Part shown: in pieces, positions 1-9,430 of the stretch | Numbering within the stretch: the first letter of the stretch is position 1 | Layout: the number at the start of each line of letters is the position of its first letter | IMG/VR virus record: IMGVR_UViG_3300029183_000042 | Span: 1-26,145 of that record | Strand: one strand, 5' to 3' | DNA: 26,145 nucleotides | Source of the DNA: a virus | Taxonomy: Duplodnaviria > Caudoviricetes | Program-made: the position numbers and the translations under genes | Notes under the pieces: model-generated | The model's database searches: none | The model's input: the letters and a program-made list of their open reading frames with translations, nothing else | What the model was told of the DNA's origin: nothing

Positions 1-212
1 TTCCCAGTCACGATCAGATGTGCAGGAACCTCGACGCCGTCAGCGGTCGCAACACGTACATCACCGCCGTCGCTTTTAACATTTGTCCAAAATGCGGAAG
101 GTGCGTCGCTTAAACGCACCCATACGGCATGATCTGAAAGGTCAGCGTCGATGTTGGAATTTGCGATCGTAACCTTAAATCGCTTCGTAAATGAGGAATT
201 AAACCATCCCAT
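1..212 (-). CDS. DUF2341-like tail/baseplate protein, N-terminal part (runs off the window)
   Basis: Manual translation MGWFNSSFTKRFKVTIANSNIDADLSDHAVWVRLSDAPSAFWTNVKSDGGDVRVATADGVEVP. The W..R..TI...L.D..V.V.L...F...KSDG.D.R...DG pattern resembles DUF2341. Its ATG overlaps the tape measure stop (TGATG). Confidence 0.75.
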   Translation of the reverse strand, partial: MGWFNSSFTKRFKVTIANSNIDADLSDHAVWVRLSDAPSAFWTNVKSDGGDVRVATADGVEVPAHLIVTG

Positions 213-2169
213 CAGGACCTCGCAGTATTACCGGCCGCTCTCTCAAGAGCATTGTGCTTATTCATTGCTTCGTTAAAATCGAATGGATCAATTCGAGCCT
301 CGAGTCCATCCATACGTTCACCCAAGATGTCGAGCCCTTCAAGCATCGCGTTTGTTTGGTCGTTTATAGCTTCTGCTACTTGGCTACTGGATCCCATTCT
401 GTCGGCTGACAACCTCTCGTCGAGCCGGCCAAGAATAGCTTCAGTATTCTCATTTGTTATAACGTTTGATCCGCCTGGAAGATTAACAAGCTCGGGACCT
501 CTTTCACCAACAAGAGCAACACCACCAGCAAAGTTGGTCACGCCATCGGCGAATTTTGGGATAAGCCGGTCGAACATTGCATTGATCGCAACAGCAGCAA
601 AACCGCCAAGCGCAAGATTGATCGGAAACCCGATCGTTGCCAAGGCTTTCGCGATCGACTCGGCAATTTTAGCCTGAATGATGCGCCTTATTTGGCCAAT
701 GATGTTGTTAGCACCATCACGAGCATTCGAAGCTTCGCCGGCCGCTGACTGTATCGATGACGCAAGAGCGGCCTTCTGAGCTTTCTCGGTTGCCTTGATT
801 GCATCGGTCTTCTTCTTCTCTTCCTTAACCCAGTTATCGACATCTGTCGTACGTAGCCTGTTATGTATCGCGAGTCTCCGGCGCTCATTCTCCATGAAGA
901 TCCTACGAGCTTCGTCGGTAAATTTAATCGCTTTCACCTGTACCGATTCGGCTGGATCTTCTGCCCCTCCAGTTACCGCCGTGTTCAGCTGATCGTAAGA
1001 CTGGGCCAAGTCGCGATTTGCTTCGGCGAATACCTCGGCCTGAATGCGAGCGGCCGACATCTGCAGTTCCTGATTGATCAGCGCCGTTTCATTCTCACGA
1101 GCACCGGTCGCGATTTCATTCAACGCGTCAATCGTCGACTGAAATGGATTCTCACGCTCCCTTCCCTGCAGTCCTGCGAATGGATCAGAGACAAAAGCCG
1201 CCGCCTTGCCAACTGTCTCGATTATTGAGGATGCCGTTCACTCGTGGATGCTTTTACGCGGTTAAACGCGATCGGAATCGAGAACTGAAAGAAGCGGATA
1301 ATGCCTTGACCAAACTCGACGAGCTTTGCACCGGTTGCTCGTGCAAACTCCAATATCCTCGGATCGCTCACAAACTGCGTGATTTGACGCTGTGCGTCCT
1401 CGATCTCTGGCAAAAGCTCAGAGCCAAGCGCTTCCTGAAAATCACCGATTGAATTTATCATCTGAACACCGGCGTTCGCGGTCGCTTGTGCAAGGCCTTT
1501 GAAATTCGAGTCGAGAATCTCAGTCACAAGACGAACCTTGTCCAGGCCTTCAGCAGTTTTGAAGGCTTCCTCCTGAGCCTCTGACATAGAAATGCCGTAC
1601 TCTCGAAGCTCTGACCCTGTGCCCCCAAGCGCTTTTCCGAGAGCGGTCGCAACTTGGTTTAAGTCGACCGTCTCCCCAGTGACTTTTGATACGCCGGCCG
1701 CAAGATCAGCAAGGCGGGGAGTGAGAAGCTCGACTCCTTCAGGACCTGCGACAGATCCAAACGAGAGAAGCATCGCCTGAGCCGTTATGATCGCCTCATC
1801 ACCAAAATTGGAGAATGTCTGTACTTCTGATGCAAGCCGCTTTAGGCGGTCGCTCGTCTCGTCGGACTCTATGCCGAGATTGCGAAGCGCTTGCTCGAGC
1901 TTTCTCTCTGAAATCTCCTGAATGCCTGCTTTCTCGACCGAGTCACTGAGGACATCAAACGTCTTACGGAGCACAGCCGATACAGCGATCATAGAGCCGA
2001 TTGATGCTACGAGCTTCCCAAATCCCCGGTCGAGCTTCTTCGTCTTTTGCTCTGTCTTCTCCGCACGTTCGCCAAGCTCGAATATTTCTCCGTTTGCGAG
2101 ACGAATTGCTCTGATCCCTTTACCGGAAGCATCAAAAATTAGCTCGACTTCTGCTTTGCGTTCACCCAT
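212..2169 (-). CDS. Tail tape measure protein (~652 aa), split into ORFs 1222..2169 and 212..1123 by an apparent 1-nt deletion near 1225-1239
   Basis: Ala/Leu-rich helical protein with the C-terminal motif FADG...LVGERGPELV typical of tape measures; lies downstream of the tail chaperone. The second frame is open from just after a TGA at about 1238-1240 into the 212..1123 ORF. Confidence 0.85.
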
Positions 2170-2174
2170 GATAT

Positions 2175-2758
2175 TTAATGTATATGCCGGAGAACTAGAG
2201 CAAGAGCAACTTCCGACGGTTCCTGATTACTTAGGTATTCGATCTCTTGCGGGGTCCGAGCGGCTCGCATAACAAGGCGAGAGAGCGGGTCGAACTCACG
2301 AAGAAGTTCACCGATCGCGACTACTCGGTCGCTCGCGTAACTGTCAAGCTTTGGTCTATCTTCTCCATACTTGAAGTCAAATCTTGAAGGAAGCCTTGCA
2401 ACTCGGCGAACTGTGAATCCGGCTCTTGCAACTGAAGTTGCGCCGCGTCGGAAAAATTTCCTTGTGCACGCTCGACCTCGGCGGTATTGAGCTCTTCCTT
2501 ACGCTCTTCGATCTCGTCGACGTGAAAAGGAAAAAGAAGCTTCGCCCGTTCGACTTGGTAGTCAACATAGCTCACTTCATCAGTTACTTCTTCACTGATA
2601 CCAAACATAAGAGCAACTTGTGAGCGCTTGGTCATCGATATAGGCGACCACTTCACGAAGCGCCGTACATATGTGAGCACGTTCTTGATTGACGGCTTGA
2701 TCGACGAATATGTCTCGTCGGAGTCAGTGAAAATCTGATATTTAGGTTCTAGATTCAT
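2175..2758 (-). CDS. Frameshifted tail chaperone (gpGT-like, ~194 aa)
   Basis: A AAT TTT at 2459-2453. The -1 frame stays open (FRRGATSVARAGFTVRRVARLPSRFDFKYGEDRPKLD...ALVLRHIH) to TAA at 2177-2175, 5 nt before the tape measure ATG. Confidence 0.75.
2321..2758 (-). CDS. Tail assembly chaperone (lambda gpG-like)
   Basis: 145-aa acidic ORF upstream of the tape measure, containing an in-frame X XXY YYZ slippery heptamer. Confidence 0.7.
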   Translation of the reverse strand: MNLEPKYQIFTDSDETYSSIKPSIKNVLTYVRRFVKWSPISMTKRSQVALMFGISEEVTDEVSYVDYQVERAKLLFPFHVDEIEERKEELNTAEVERAQGNFSDAAQLQLQEPDSQFAELQGFLQDLTSSMEKIDQSLTVTRATE

Positions 2759-2840
2759 AGTTGTTATGCGATGTAGCTTAAAAAATTAAGGTAAAGTAGT
2801 GTTTTTGCTTTCGCGTGTGAGCTCTCTTTCACGTTTTGCT

Positions 2841-2860
2841 GCCTAAATAAATTAGGTCTG
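2841..2860. promoter_or_regulatory. Palindromic motif GCCTAA-ATAAA-TTAGGT-CTG (copy 1)
   Basis: 18/20 identical to 9431-9450, and the two differences are compensatory. Confidence 0.5.
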
Positions 2861-2863
2861 ACG

Positions 2864-3298
2864 CTAGGATCCGACGTGTGGCATGAGTGCTGCAAGCGTC
2901 GTCGCCACCGAATCGTTGTACTGATACGTCGACTTTGAAAGGAACCTGAGCGAGACCTTCCTTCTGTGTGTTCCAAGACGAAGCGCTATCGCTGTTGGAG
3001 AGTGACCAAGATCGGGATATATGATGAATGACGATGACCCGCTCGTATCTGGCTTAAAAGTGATTTCTTCGCCGCCAAGCATATCGAGCCACATCGCGAC
3101 AGGCCGCTTATCAGATGCCCCGACTTGCTCCCAAACTTGGTTCACAGTCACGCGAAAGAAGATCTCGCGAGCATCCTGGTCGAGAGTGCCATCGATTAGG
3201 CGCTGCTGTTCTCCGTTCGTGATTAGCTCGATCTTTACATCGTCGGCGTAGAACTTGCGCTCTGTCGATCCCGTCGTATATGTGAAGCTTGATGTCAT
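2864..3298 (-). CDS. Minor tail protein
   Basis: 144-aa beta-rich ORF between the tail-tube genes and the chaperone; start overlaps the upstream stop. Confidence 0.55.
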   Translation of the reverse strand: MTSSFTYTTGSTERKFYADDVKIELITNGEQQRLIDGTLDQDAREIFFRVTVNQVWEQVGASDKRPVAMWLDMLGGEEITFKPDTSGSSSFIIYPDLGHSPTAIALRLGTHRRKVSLRFLSKSTYQYNDSVATTLAALMPHVGS

Positions 3299-4173
3299 TA
3301 GTGCAGTAAATAAGTCGTCTCACCATCGACGCGGCAAGCCGGATCCTTAACAGACTGAGAACCGAGTGTCGCCGTTGGCTGAATCATAATCCAGAGACGG
3401 AGCCAAAATGCATCAGTCGGAGCCGATGTGATATTGATCGAATCGCGGCCTACTGAAGACGGATCCTTAAACGATGTGTTGATCACCGTTAAATCATTCT
3501 CTAGCCACTGTCTTTGAAACTTAAACGTCGACGTCGTTGGATGAAGCACCGTCCCGTGAACCGAGAACTCGAAATCAAACGATATAGCCTGAATAGGACA
3601 GAACACATCGTAGTAAATTCCGGAGAGCTCATCAGCAAGGTTTGCTTGTTCACCGCTAGCAAATGAAGGTGTCGAAACACCAGTTCCAGGCTCGAAATGT
3701 GTATAGCCATTCGCGAGACCGCTTACACTACCTTCATGCCACCCATTCTTGGCCAGTAGCGACACGCCGCCGTGTATGTCGTGACGGCCATGGCCACGCC
3801 GCTCAATCGTCACATCCCACACATCGGAGCGACCTCGCACAAAGCCAGTCACCGGACGGCGCATCATATGTATTGGGTCGGCCTCATTCCATACGATTGC
3901 CTGACCAGGACCTAACGCAAAAAGATGAACTCTCGTTTGATTGTTCATCCATTGGCGCATCTGGTTCAGTTTCAGGCCGTCACTCGGAAGAAACGAGAAC
4001 CGGCAAACCGAGCGATCACTCGGCTGCAATGGTGATCCGGTCGGACCAGTTTCGCCGACTCCTACTGGGACCGTTTCATAAAACAGATCACCCGTAAGAT
4101 CAGTGAATTCGACGAAGTTACCGGTCGCCGGATCGCCTAAAGCGACATATGTTATGCCGTTCCAAAATCCCAT
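3298..4173 (-). CDS. Tail-tube paralog with a C-terminal beta-rich extension
   Basis: The N-terminal ~130 aa align by eye with 4177..4611 (GITYVALG/GIKKVEIG, SDRSVCRFSFL/PDLRQYRFNFL, GRSDVW/GRGDVF). Confidence 0.6.
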   Translation of the reverse strand: MGFWNGITYVALGDPATGNFVEFTDLTGDLFYETVPVGVGETGPTGSPLQPSDRSVCRFSFLPSDGLKLNQMRQWMNNQTRVHLFALGPGQAIVWNEADPIHMMRRPVTGFVRGRSDVWDVTIERRGHGRHDIHGGVSLLAKNGWHEGSVSGLANGYTHFEPGTGVSTPSFASGEQANLADELSGIYYDVFCPIQAISFDFEFSVHGTVLHPTTSTFKFQRQWLENDLTVINTSFKDPSSVGRDSINITSAPTDAFWLRLWIMIQPTATLGSQSVKDPACRVDGETTYLLH

Positions 4174-4176
4174 CGA

Positions 4177-4611
4177 TTACGCTGTTGTCTCGGTGATGAG
4201 AAACTTCGGAACACGGATTGAGCCATGGAAAACATCGCCACGGCCGTTAATCGCACCATCCATATCGCCGTGACGGAGTTCTTCAAACTGAATCGCTTCA
4301 GTTGTGATGTGCGTCTCGTCATTGTCGAGCGTAAATTGGAAGAAATATTTCGTCTTCGCGATGTGACCGGCTCTATACGTATCGAATGAACTTCTATCTA
4401 AGAAGTTGAATCGGTACTGTCGCAGGTCTGGACCGCCATAGTTGTTGCCATATGGCGTTTTTGGAGTCGAATCGCCGTGAGGCTCGAATGTTACTCCGGC
4501 TTCCGGAACTCCGGCGTCGGAGACAGCAAGATTTGGAAGCTCAGTGAGAGAAGTCGCAACCGTTCCAATCTCGACTTTCTTGATGCCTTTATATCGTCTT
4601 GGTGCTGGCAT
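4177..4611 (-). CDS. Probable major tail (tube) protein
   Basis: Size, position after the neck genes, and an N-terminal GIKKVEIG strand typical of tail tube proteins. Confidence 0.6.
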   Translation of the reverse strand: MPAPRRYKGIKKVEIGTVATSLTELPNLAVSDAGVPEAGVTFEPHGDSTPKTPYGNNYGGPDLRQYRFNFLDRSSFDTYRAGHIAKTKYFFQFTLDNDETHITTEAIQFEELRHGDMDGAINGRGDVFHGSIRVPKFLITETTA

Positions 4612-4617
4612 GATAAA

Positions 4618-5361
4618 TCAATCGGTTTTCAGTGATACATTGGAGAAGTGACGCTCAATGAACTCGTCGGCTTTGGTGCCGTCGATAACGGTCGTCAGTT
4701 TTGAAAATGCGTTGACGTGGTCATCAAACGAATGAAGCTCGTCACCACACTTCAAAAATACATACGCCGCCGAATCCGGAAGGTCGAGCGTCACCTGTCG
4801 ACATCCGGAACGCTCTGACATCGACCAAAGCCGAGTGTGAAGCGTGAGATCGATATTTTTAATTCCCTTGTCGGTCTCGTAGAGATCACCGTCAAGAATA
4901 GAACTCCTAAAAGCCGTCGCAAAAACGTGATTCGGAAAATGAGATAAGCGTCCTGTCGGAGTATCATACTCATAAAATCCGCGAATCTTCAGAGATCCGA
5001 CCGACTCATCAGAAAATACAGTCGCGACAAAGTCGATGAAACCCTCAGAAAGCAGGTCGTCGGAGCCGATTTGAATCACGACATCGCCAAACGTGACGGC
5101 GTGCTGCAGTCCTTCATTCCTTTTTTTGCCGAGATTCTCGTTAGACTGAAGAATCAGCTTCAACCCAAGTTCTTCGGCGAGCTCACGGTCTTCATCGTCG
5201 GTCCCGATAGCATGAATAACCAGATCATACCCTTTCGGTTTTAAGCCGGCCAAGTGAGACAGCGAAAGCCGGTCGAGTTTTCGCCGGCGTTCTGAGTGGT
5301 TCGCGAGATTAAGAGCCGTCGTGACGACAATTTTGAGTTTCGATTTTTTGCTCTTAGCCAT
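4618..5361 (-). CDS. GT-A fold glycosyltransferase (GT2-like)
   Basis: N-terminal beta strand KIVVTT, NENLGKKRNEGL motif, and DVVIQIGSDDLL (DxD-like metal-binding motif). Confidence 0.75.
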   Translation of the reverse strand: MAKSKKSKLKIVVTTALNLANHSERRRKLDRLSLSHLAGLKPKGYDLVIHAIGTDDEDRELAEELGLKLILQSNENLGKKRNEGLQHAVTFGDVVIQIGSDDLLSEGFIDFVATVFSDESVGSLKIRGFYEYDTPTGRLSHFPNHVFATAFRSSILDGDLYETDKGIKNIDLTLHTRLWSMSERSGCRQVTLDLPDSAAYVFLKCGDELHSFDDHVNAFSKLTTVIDGTKADEFIERHFSNVSLKTD

Positions 5362-5437
5362 GGTATTTAGGTTTTGGCCGTGGCCGCGTTAAGACATCCT
5401 TGTCGTCGATGTCGTTGGTGATGATCTGATTATCCAT
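5354..5437 (-). CDS. Possible 27-aa peptide MDNQIITNDIDDKDVLTRPRPKPKYHG
   Basis: Fills the gap between 5442 and 5361 and overlaps the glycosyltransferase start; read manually. Confidence 0.35.
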   Translation of the reverse strand: MDNQIITNDIDDKDVLTRPRPKPKYHG

Positions 5438-5441
5438 ATCC

Positions 5442-5873
5442 CTATACATTGTCTTCTTTGTTGTACCGGCTCGCTGTGAACGCCACGACGCGGATCTCTC
5501 GGTTTGAGAACCTTGATATGTAGTGGCGAAGATCGCTCAGAACAAATGGCGTCTCACTCCCCTCGTCGGTTTCAAGCTGCGTGTGCCATGCCTTGCGAAC
5601 TCTCACCATCTCAGAGTTTGGATACTGGTTAGCGGTGTCGATCACGTGGCGATCAAAGAGCATCGAAACCACATATTCATATTCTCCATCATACCGTAGC
5701 GCCCTCGGATCAACTGGTCTCATCCTGGCAAAGTTGATCGTCGGACCAATTACGAACGCCGGATATTGATCCTCTCCAAGCGACGTCGGTGGCTCAGAGT
5801 CAACAAACTTGAATTCACCACAGTTATCGGCGGCATCAATTAAGTCTTTTAAAGAAATATCAATATTAGGCAT
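5442..5873 (-). CDS. Probable tail terminator/completion protein
   Basis: 143 aa with a YPAFVI motif, located after the gp10-like gene. Confidence 0.5.
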   Translation of the reverse strand: MPNIDISLKDLIDAADNCGEFKFVDSEPPTSLGEDQYPAFVIGPTINFARMRPVDPRALRYDGEYEYVVSMLFDRHVIDTANQYPNSEMVRVRKAWHTQLETDEGSETPFVLSDLRHYISRFSNREIRVVAFTASRYNKEDNV

Positions 5874-5882
5874 TTCCCACGA

Positions 5883-6359
5883 TCAAAATAGGCTGTTGAA
5901 TCCGAGTGCATAAGCAGCTTCGACACGCTCGGCAAATTTAGGCACAATCCTGTCGAGAGCGTGCTCGATGAATCCGACTGCTTCAGTTCCTTCCTCAGAG
6001 ATCTTGCGAGCAACCAGAAAGGCAACCTCTTGAATTTGCTGCGCAGGAACAGAAGGAAGTTTCTTGCGAACCCACTCCTCGATCGGCGCAGGCGGTGGCC
6101 AGTGTGCAGCGGTCCCGAACTCGATGAACGGAGCATGAGCCGCATTCGCTCCGAATATGAGCATCACCACCTTCTTGAGAAAGACCTGGACCTCGTGAGA
6201 GATCGACCGCTTAAGCGTACCGTCGACATTCACGTCTTCAGCATCTAGCTTGTCGGCCGCGATCGCCGTCATTTCAAGTCCGATCAGTTCGAACTCCTTA
6301 ACGACTGCAGCAATACCACGCTCGTGGTCGTCCTCAAGATCGAAGTTGATTCGTGCCAT
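5883..6359 (-). CDS. HK97 gp10-like tail-completion protein
   Basis: DGTLKRSI, HAPFIEFGT and GTEAVGFI motifs. Confidence 0.8.
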   Translation of the reverse strand: MARINFDLEDDHERGIAAVVKEFELIGLEMTAIAADKLDAEDVNVDGTLKRSISHEVQVFLKKVVMLIFGANAAHAPFIEFGTAAHWPPPAPIEEWVRKKLPSVPAQQIQEVAFLVARKISEEGTEAVGFIEHALDRIVPKFAERVEAAYALGFNSLF

Positions 6360-6787
6360 TAATAGAAAGAACCAGTGTTATCAAGATAGTCGATCGGACG
6401 ACGCTTACTTGTCTTGGTCACCAGGAGTTCACGGAGCAATAATTTCACTCGGGCATACTGCCGGCGTGCATAGTGATCTACCGTTCGGGCCCCGGAAAGA
6501 GCGACTCGCGACTCGTTAAAGCCCGTTGAGCTCACAAAACCGCCTTCACTATCGCCGCGAACAGACAGATCCGGAAGCGCAAAAAAGTAACAGAGAATTG
6601 ACTCCGCTCTCTGCACTTTCGCGTAATGCTCGTGAGTCGTGTCGGCTGCAATCGTATCATACATCCCCTCTGATATCAGAAGCTTCAAGTGCTCTGTTGC
6701 TTCGAGATTATACTCGAATGCCTTATTGGCTACGCGGCTTTCAATTGAGAGATGTTTTGCGATTAGAATCGCGGTCGTGATTGCCAT
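6359..6787 (-). CDS. Probable head-tail adaptor
   Basis: Helical 142-aa ORF in the adaptor position after the capsid genes. Confidence 0.55.
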   Translation of the reverse strand: MAITTAILIAKHLSIESRVANKAFEYNLEATEHLKLLISEGMYDTIAADTTHEHYAKVQRAESILCYFFALPDLSVRGDSEGGFVSSTGFNESRVALSGARTVDHYARRQYARVKLLLRELLVTKTSKRRPIDYLDNTGSFY

Positions 6788-6805
6788 GTCTTTCCGGTTT
6801 ATCGG

Positions 6806-7096
6806 TTATGAAACCCGCTCGACTGTATCGTCTTCTGTGGTTTCAGCGGCCGCTTTTTTAGACGCAGGTGCTTTCTTCGCTTTTGGTTTAGGCTTTTGCT
6901 CAGATCCCTTTTTGCCATCTAAGAAGGCCTGGATTTCTTCCTCTGTTGCATTGACCTTGCAAAGACGATTAGGACGATCTTTCGCATATTCTACATGAAT
7001 ACGCTCGTCGAAGTCGTCTTCATTTATTACGACATAATCGTCTTCGCTCTTGGGATCGTGAATCTCAACGGTGTCAAGTATTAATTTCTTAGCCAT
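6806..7096 (-). CDS. Hypothetical capsid-associated protein
   Basis: 96 aa with an acidic N-terminus and Lys/Ala/Pro-rich tail, directly after the capsid gene. Confidence 0.5.
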   Translation of the reverse strand: MAKKLILDTVEIHDPKSEDDYVVINEDDFDERIHVEYAKDRPNRLCKVNATEEEIQAFLDGKKGSEQKPKPKAKKAPASKKAAAETTEDDTVERVS

Positions 7097-7127
7097 TTTT
7101 TATATGTGCTATTGGTTATAGACCGGC

Positions 7128-7157
7128 GAAAGCCGACGACCCGTTAGAGCCGCCGGC
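7128..7157 (-). terminator. GC-rich hairpin after the capsid gene (weak terminator or processing site)
   Basis: GCCGGCGGCUC-UAAC-GGGUCGUCGGC followed by UUUC. The stem relies on G-U pairs that form only in the minus-strand RNA. Confidence 0.5.
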
Positions 7158-7193
7158 ATTCTCCTCTCAGGTGCTCACTAGGAGCATTGACGA

Positions 7194-8393
7194 CTAAACG
7201 TCACCGAGAACGCGGCAAGCCATTTTTTCGTCAAGCGTCTTAACACCCCATAATGCGTCGAGACGCAGGTTAATACCATTTCCATCGTACCAAACCATGA
7301 GACGAAGCCCCAGATTGGTTTCAGGATCGACAACGTTTGCAACTACCCAACCTTGTGCGCGAGCTTGCTCTGAGGCTACATCGCCTTCGAGCGGTGCCAT
7401 TGCGAGCGCAAACGCATTGCGGTGATAAAGCAGGTTTGCATAAAAGTTGTCGGCGTTGTTGCCTGCAACGTTGCCATCGTCAAACGTTACGACCGCGTTG
7501 TCAGCAACAGCGGCAGAGAGACCGGGAGCAAACGTGATCGTTCCCGCACCCGCTGCAAGCGTCGTGTTTGCAGTCAGTACGTATCGGGTCGTTTGACCAG
7601 CGATCGAGAACGAGTCTCCGATAAGGAGTGTCTCGGTGCCATTAAGGCCGTCGATCGCCATCGACGTTACATCAGCAGCATAGCCACCACCATTGTTCAC
7701 AGCTGCGAGCACGTCGTTACCAGCTGAAAGAACGGTTCCGGAAGTATGCTCTTCGATCTTCCCAGTATAGAAGAATTCTATACCCTGATACATGTTCGAA
7801 GCGGCTCCGACCTGCATACGAGCTGCAGCTTCAGGACCGAGCTTATCGAAGTCGAACATTGTCGACTCACGGAAGATCGCGTCGAGATTCTCATCCATCG
7901 CGAAGAACATATTGCCACGGTCGTTGATCGGAACGCCGTTAGCTGCAAGAATCTTGCGGGGCTGAGTGACATTCTTCCGTACATCGGCCGCTGTGGTCGT
8001 CACGTCGTAACGGTACGGAATGTCGATGTATAGATCTGTCAAGTCGTCTTCAATCGCTCCGGCGAGTTCTTTCATCGCTGGACGAATATGAGAGTTCAGG
8101 AGAACTCCGCGACGTGAGAAGAAAAGCTCGGAATCAGTAAAGCGCCAGTGCGCCTCTTTGTGATTCGAAAGCACGATGTCAACACCAGAATCGTTCGCAT
8201 CCTGTGCGCCGGTTCCGAAGTTGTTGATCGTTGGTGAGTCCGGTTTGTGGATCCGGATCGTTTTTCCACGAAATCCGGCTTCTTCCGAGAATCCGCGATG
8301 TACTGAGCGAGCCATTCCCATCGCGTCGTGAAGAGTCATGAGACCTTCATTCGCAAACCAGATAAGCTCGGCTTGTGTGATTGTATTTGCCAT
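7194..8393 (-). CDS. Major capsid protein, P22 coat-like
   Basis: MANTI start, GKTIRIHKP, YHRNAFALAMAPL and RLDALWGVKTL motifs, plus a beta-rich insertion domain. Confidence 0.9.
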   Translation of the reverse strand: MANTITQAELIWFANEGLMTLHDAMGMARSVHRGFSEEAGFRGKTIRIHKPDSPTINNFGTGAQDANDSGVDIVLSNHKEAHWRFTDSELFFSRRGVLLNSHIRPAMKELAGAIEDDLTDLYIDIPYRYDVTTTAADVRKNVTQPRKILAANGVPINDRGNMFFAMDENLDAIFRESTMFDFDKLGPEAAARMQVGAASNMYQGIEFFYTGKIEEHTSGTVLSAGNDVLAAVNNGGGYAADVTSMAIDGLNGTETLLIGDSFSIAGQTTRYVLTANTTLAAGAGTITFAPGLSAAVADNAVVTFDDGNVAGNNADNFYANLLYHRNAFALAMAPLEGDVASEQARAQGWVVANVVDPETNLGLRLMVWYDGNGINLRLDALWGVKTLDEKMACRVLGDV

Positions 8394-8418
8394 GATCGAT
8401 TAAGTCGACTTTTAAGAG

Positions 8419-9243
8419 TTACGTGATTCTTAATTCGACTCCGGCCTTATCAGCGGCTTCTTTCGCTTGCTTCCACTTTTGGTGATTCTGAGCGTCTTGT
8501 GCCGATATCGTATGAGCACCTCCACCGCCGCCGCCATGACTGAAGTTAGATCCACCCTGACGATTCTTCGGAAACCATTCATTGATCAAATCAACGTTGT
8601 CGTGATTTTCTGCTTTGAAGTGGTCCCAGTAATTGTCGGGAGTGATCGGCGTTCCTGTCTTGTCGGTTAAGACGGTGTCGTCTCGCTTGATGACAAAGTT
8701 TCCTTCTTTCCCAATTGTCGGATCAAAGTCGTTGAAGAGTGATGCTGCGTTGTGAACCGCTGCGCTTCCGTCGAACGGGTTAGCGGTGAACTTCGCGTCG
8801 GCGACGCCGGCCTTCCTTGCGGATTGCTCGATCATCATCCTTTTCAACACTTCACGAGTTGAGGAGAGCTTCGTCGACAGCTTTTCGTTCGTTTCCTGAA
8901 GTGGAGCGAGCTTCGATTTATTCCAAGCTTGCTCTTTCTTCGCGAGACGCTCGTTTATAGCTGCTTCGACGGCGGCTTCGTCCTTATATTTCTCCGGCAA
9001 TTTGAAATCAAGCGTTTCCTCGTCGAAAGGAACGTTCTTCGCTTCGAATACGGACTTGATAAAAGCCGGATCTTCGATTGCTTTCTCGGGCGTCAGTTGT
9101 GATTTTTTGAGGTTTTCAAACTGTCGCTTGGTAGCCTGGAAGTTGTTGTTCAACGACTGGAATTCGTCCGGCGTCGCATATCCTTCAGGAAGTTCGACGT
9201 CGACTTCTTTGCCTTCGACCTGAGTCTTAAAAGTATGTGGCAT
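8419..9243 (-). CDS. Scaffolding protein
   Basis: Coiled-coil, Gly-rich C-terminal linker, directly upstream of the capsid gene; no prohead protease is seen. Confidence 0.7.
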   Translation of the reverse strand: MPHTFKTQVEGKEVDVELPEGYATPDEFQSLNNNFQATKRQFENLKKSQLTPEKAIEDPAFIKSVFEAKNVPFDEETLDFKLPEKYKDEAAVEAAINERLAKKEQAWNKSKLAPLQETNEKLSTKLSSTREVLKRMMIEQSARKAGVADAKFTANPFDGSAAVHNAASLFNDFDPTIGKEGNFVIKRDDTVLTDKTGTPITPDNYWDHFKAENHDNVDLINEWFPKNRQGGSNFSHGGGGGGAHTISAQDAQNHQKWKQAKEAADKAGVELRIT

Positions 9244-9430
9244 CTATTCGATGTGTGTTTTCGGCCGCTCACATGAGTACGGGCCGCTGATTTATTTTCG
9301 CGCTCTCGCGAGCGGTGCCGAGTATCGGCGATCACGGCGTTTATCTAGCGATATACTTCGCTTTCCCACGGTGCCGGAGACCGGATTCAGGTACTAATAT
9401 TGGGAGTTTTTAAGAAAGTTTCAACGCTTC

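Noticed and set aside
1123-1225. Stop-codon reassignment or an intron explaining the split tape measure
   Set aside because: The two halves are in different frames with no intervening sequence. TAA, TAG and TGA all serve as normal stops elsewhere in the window.
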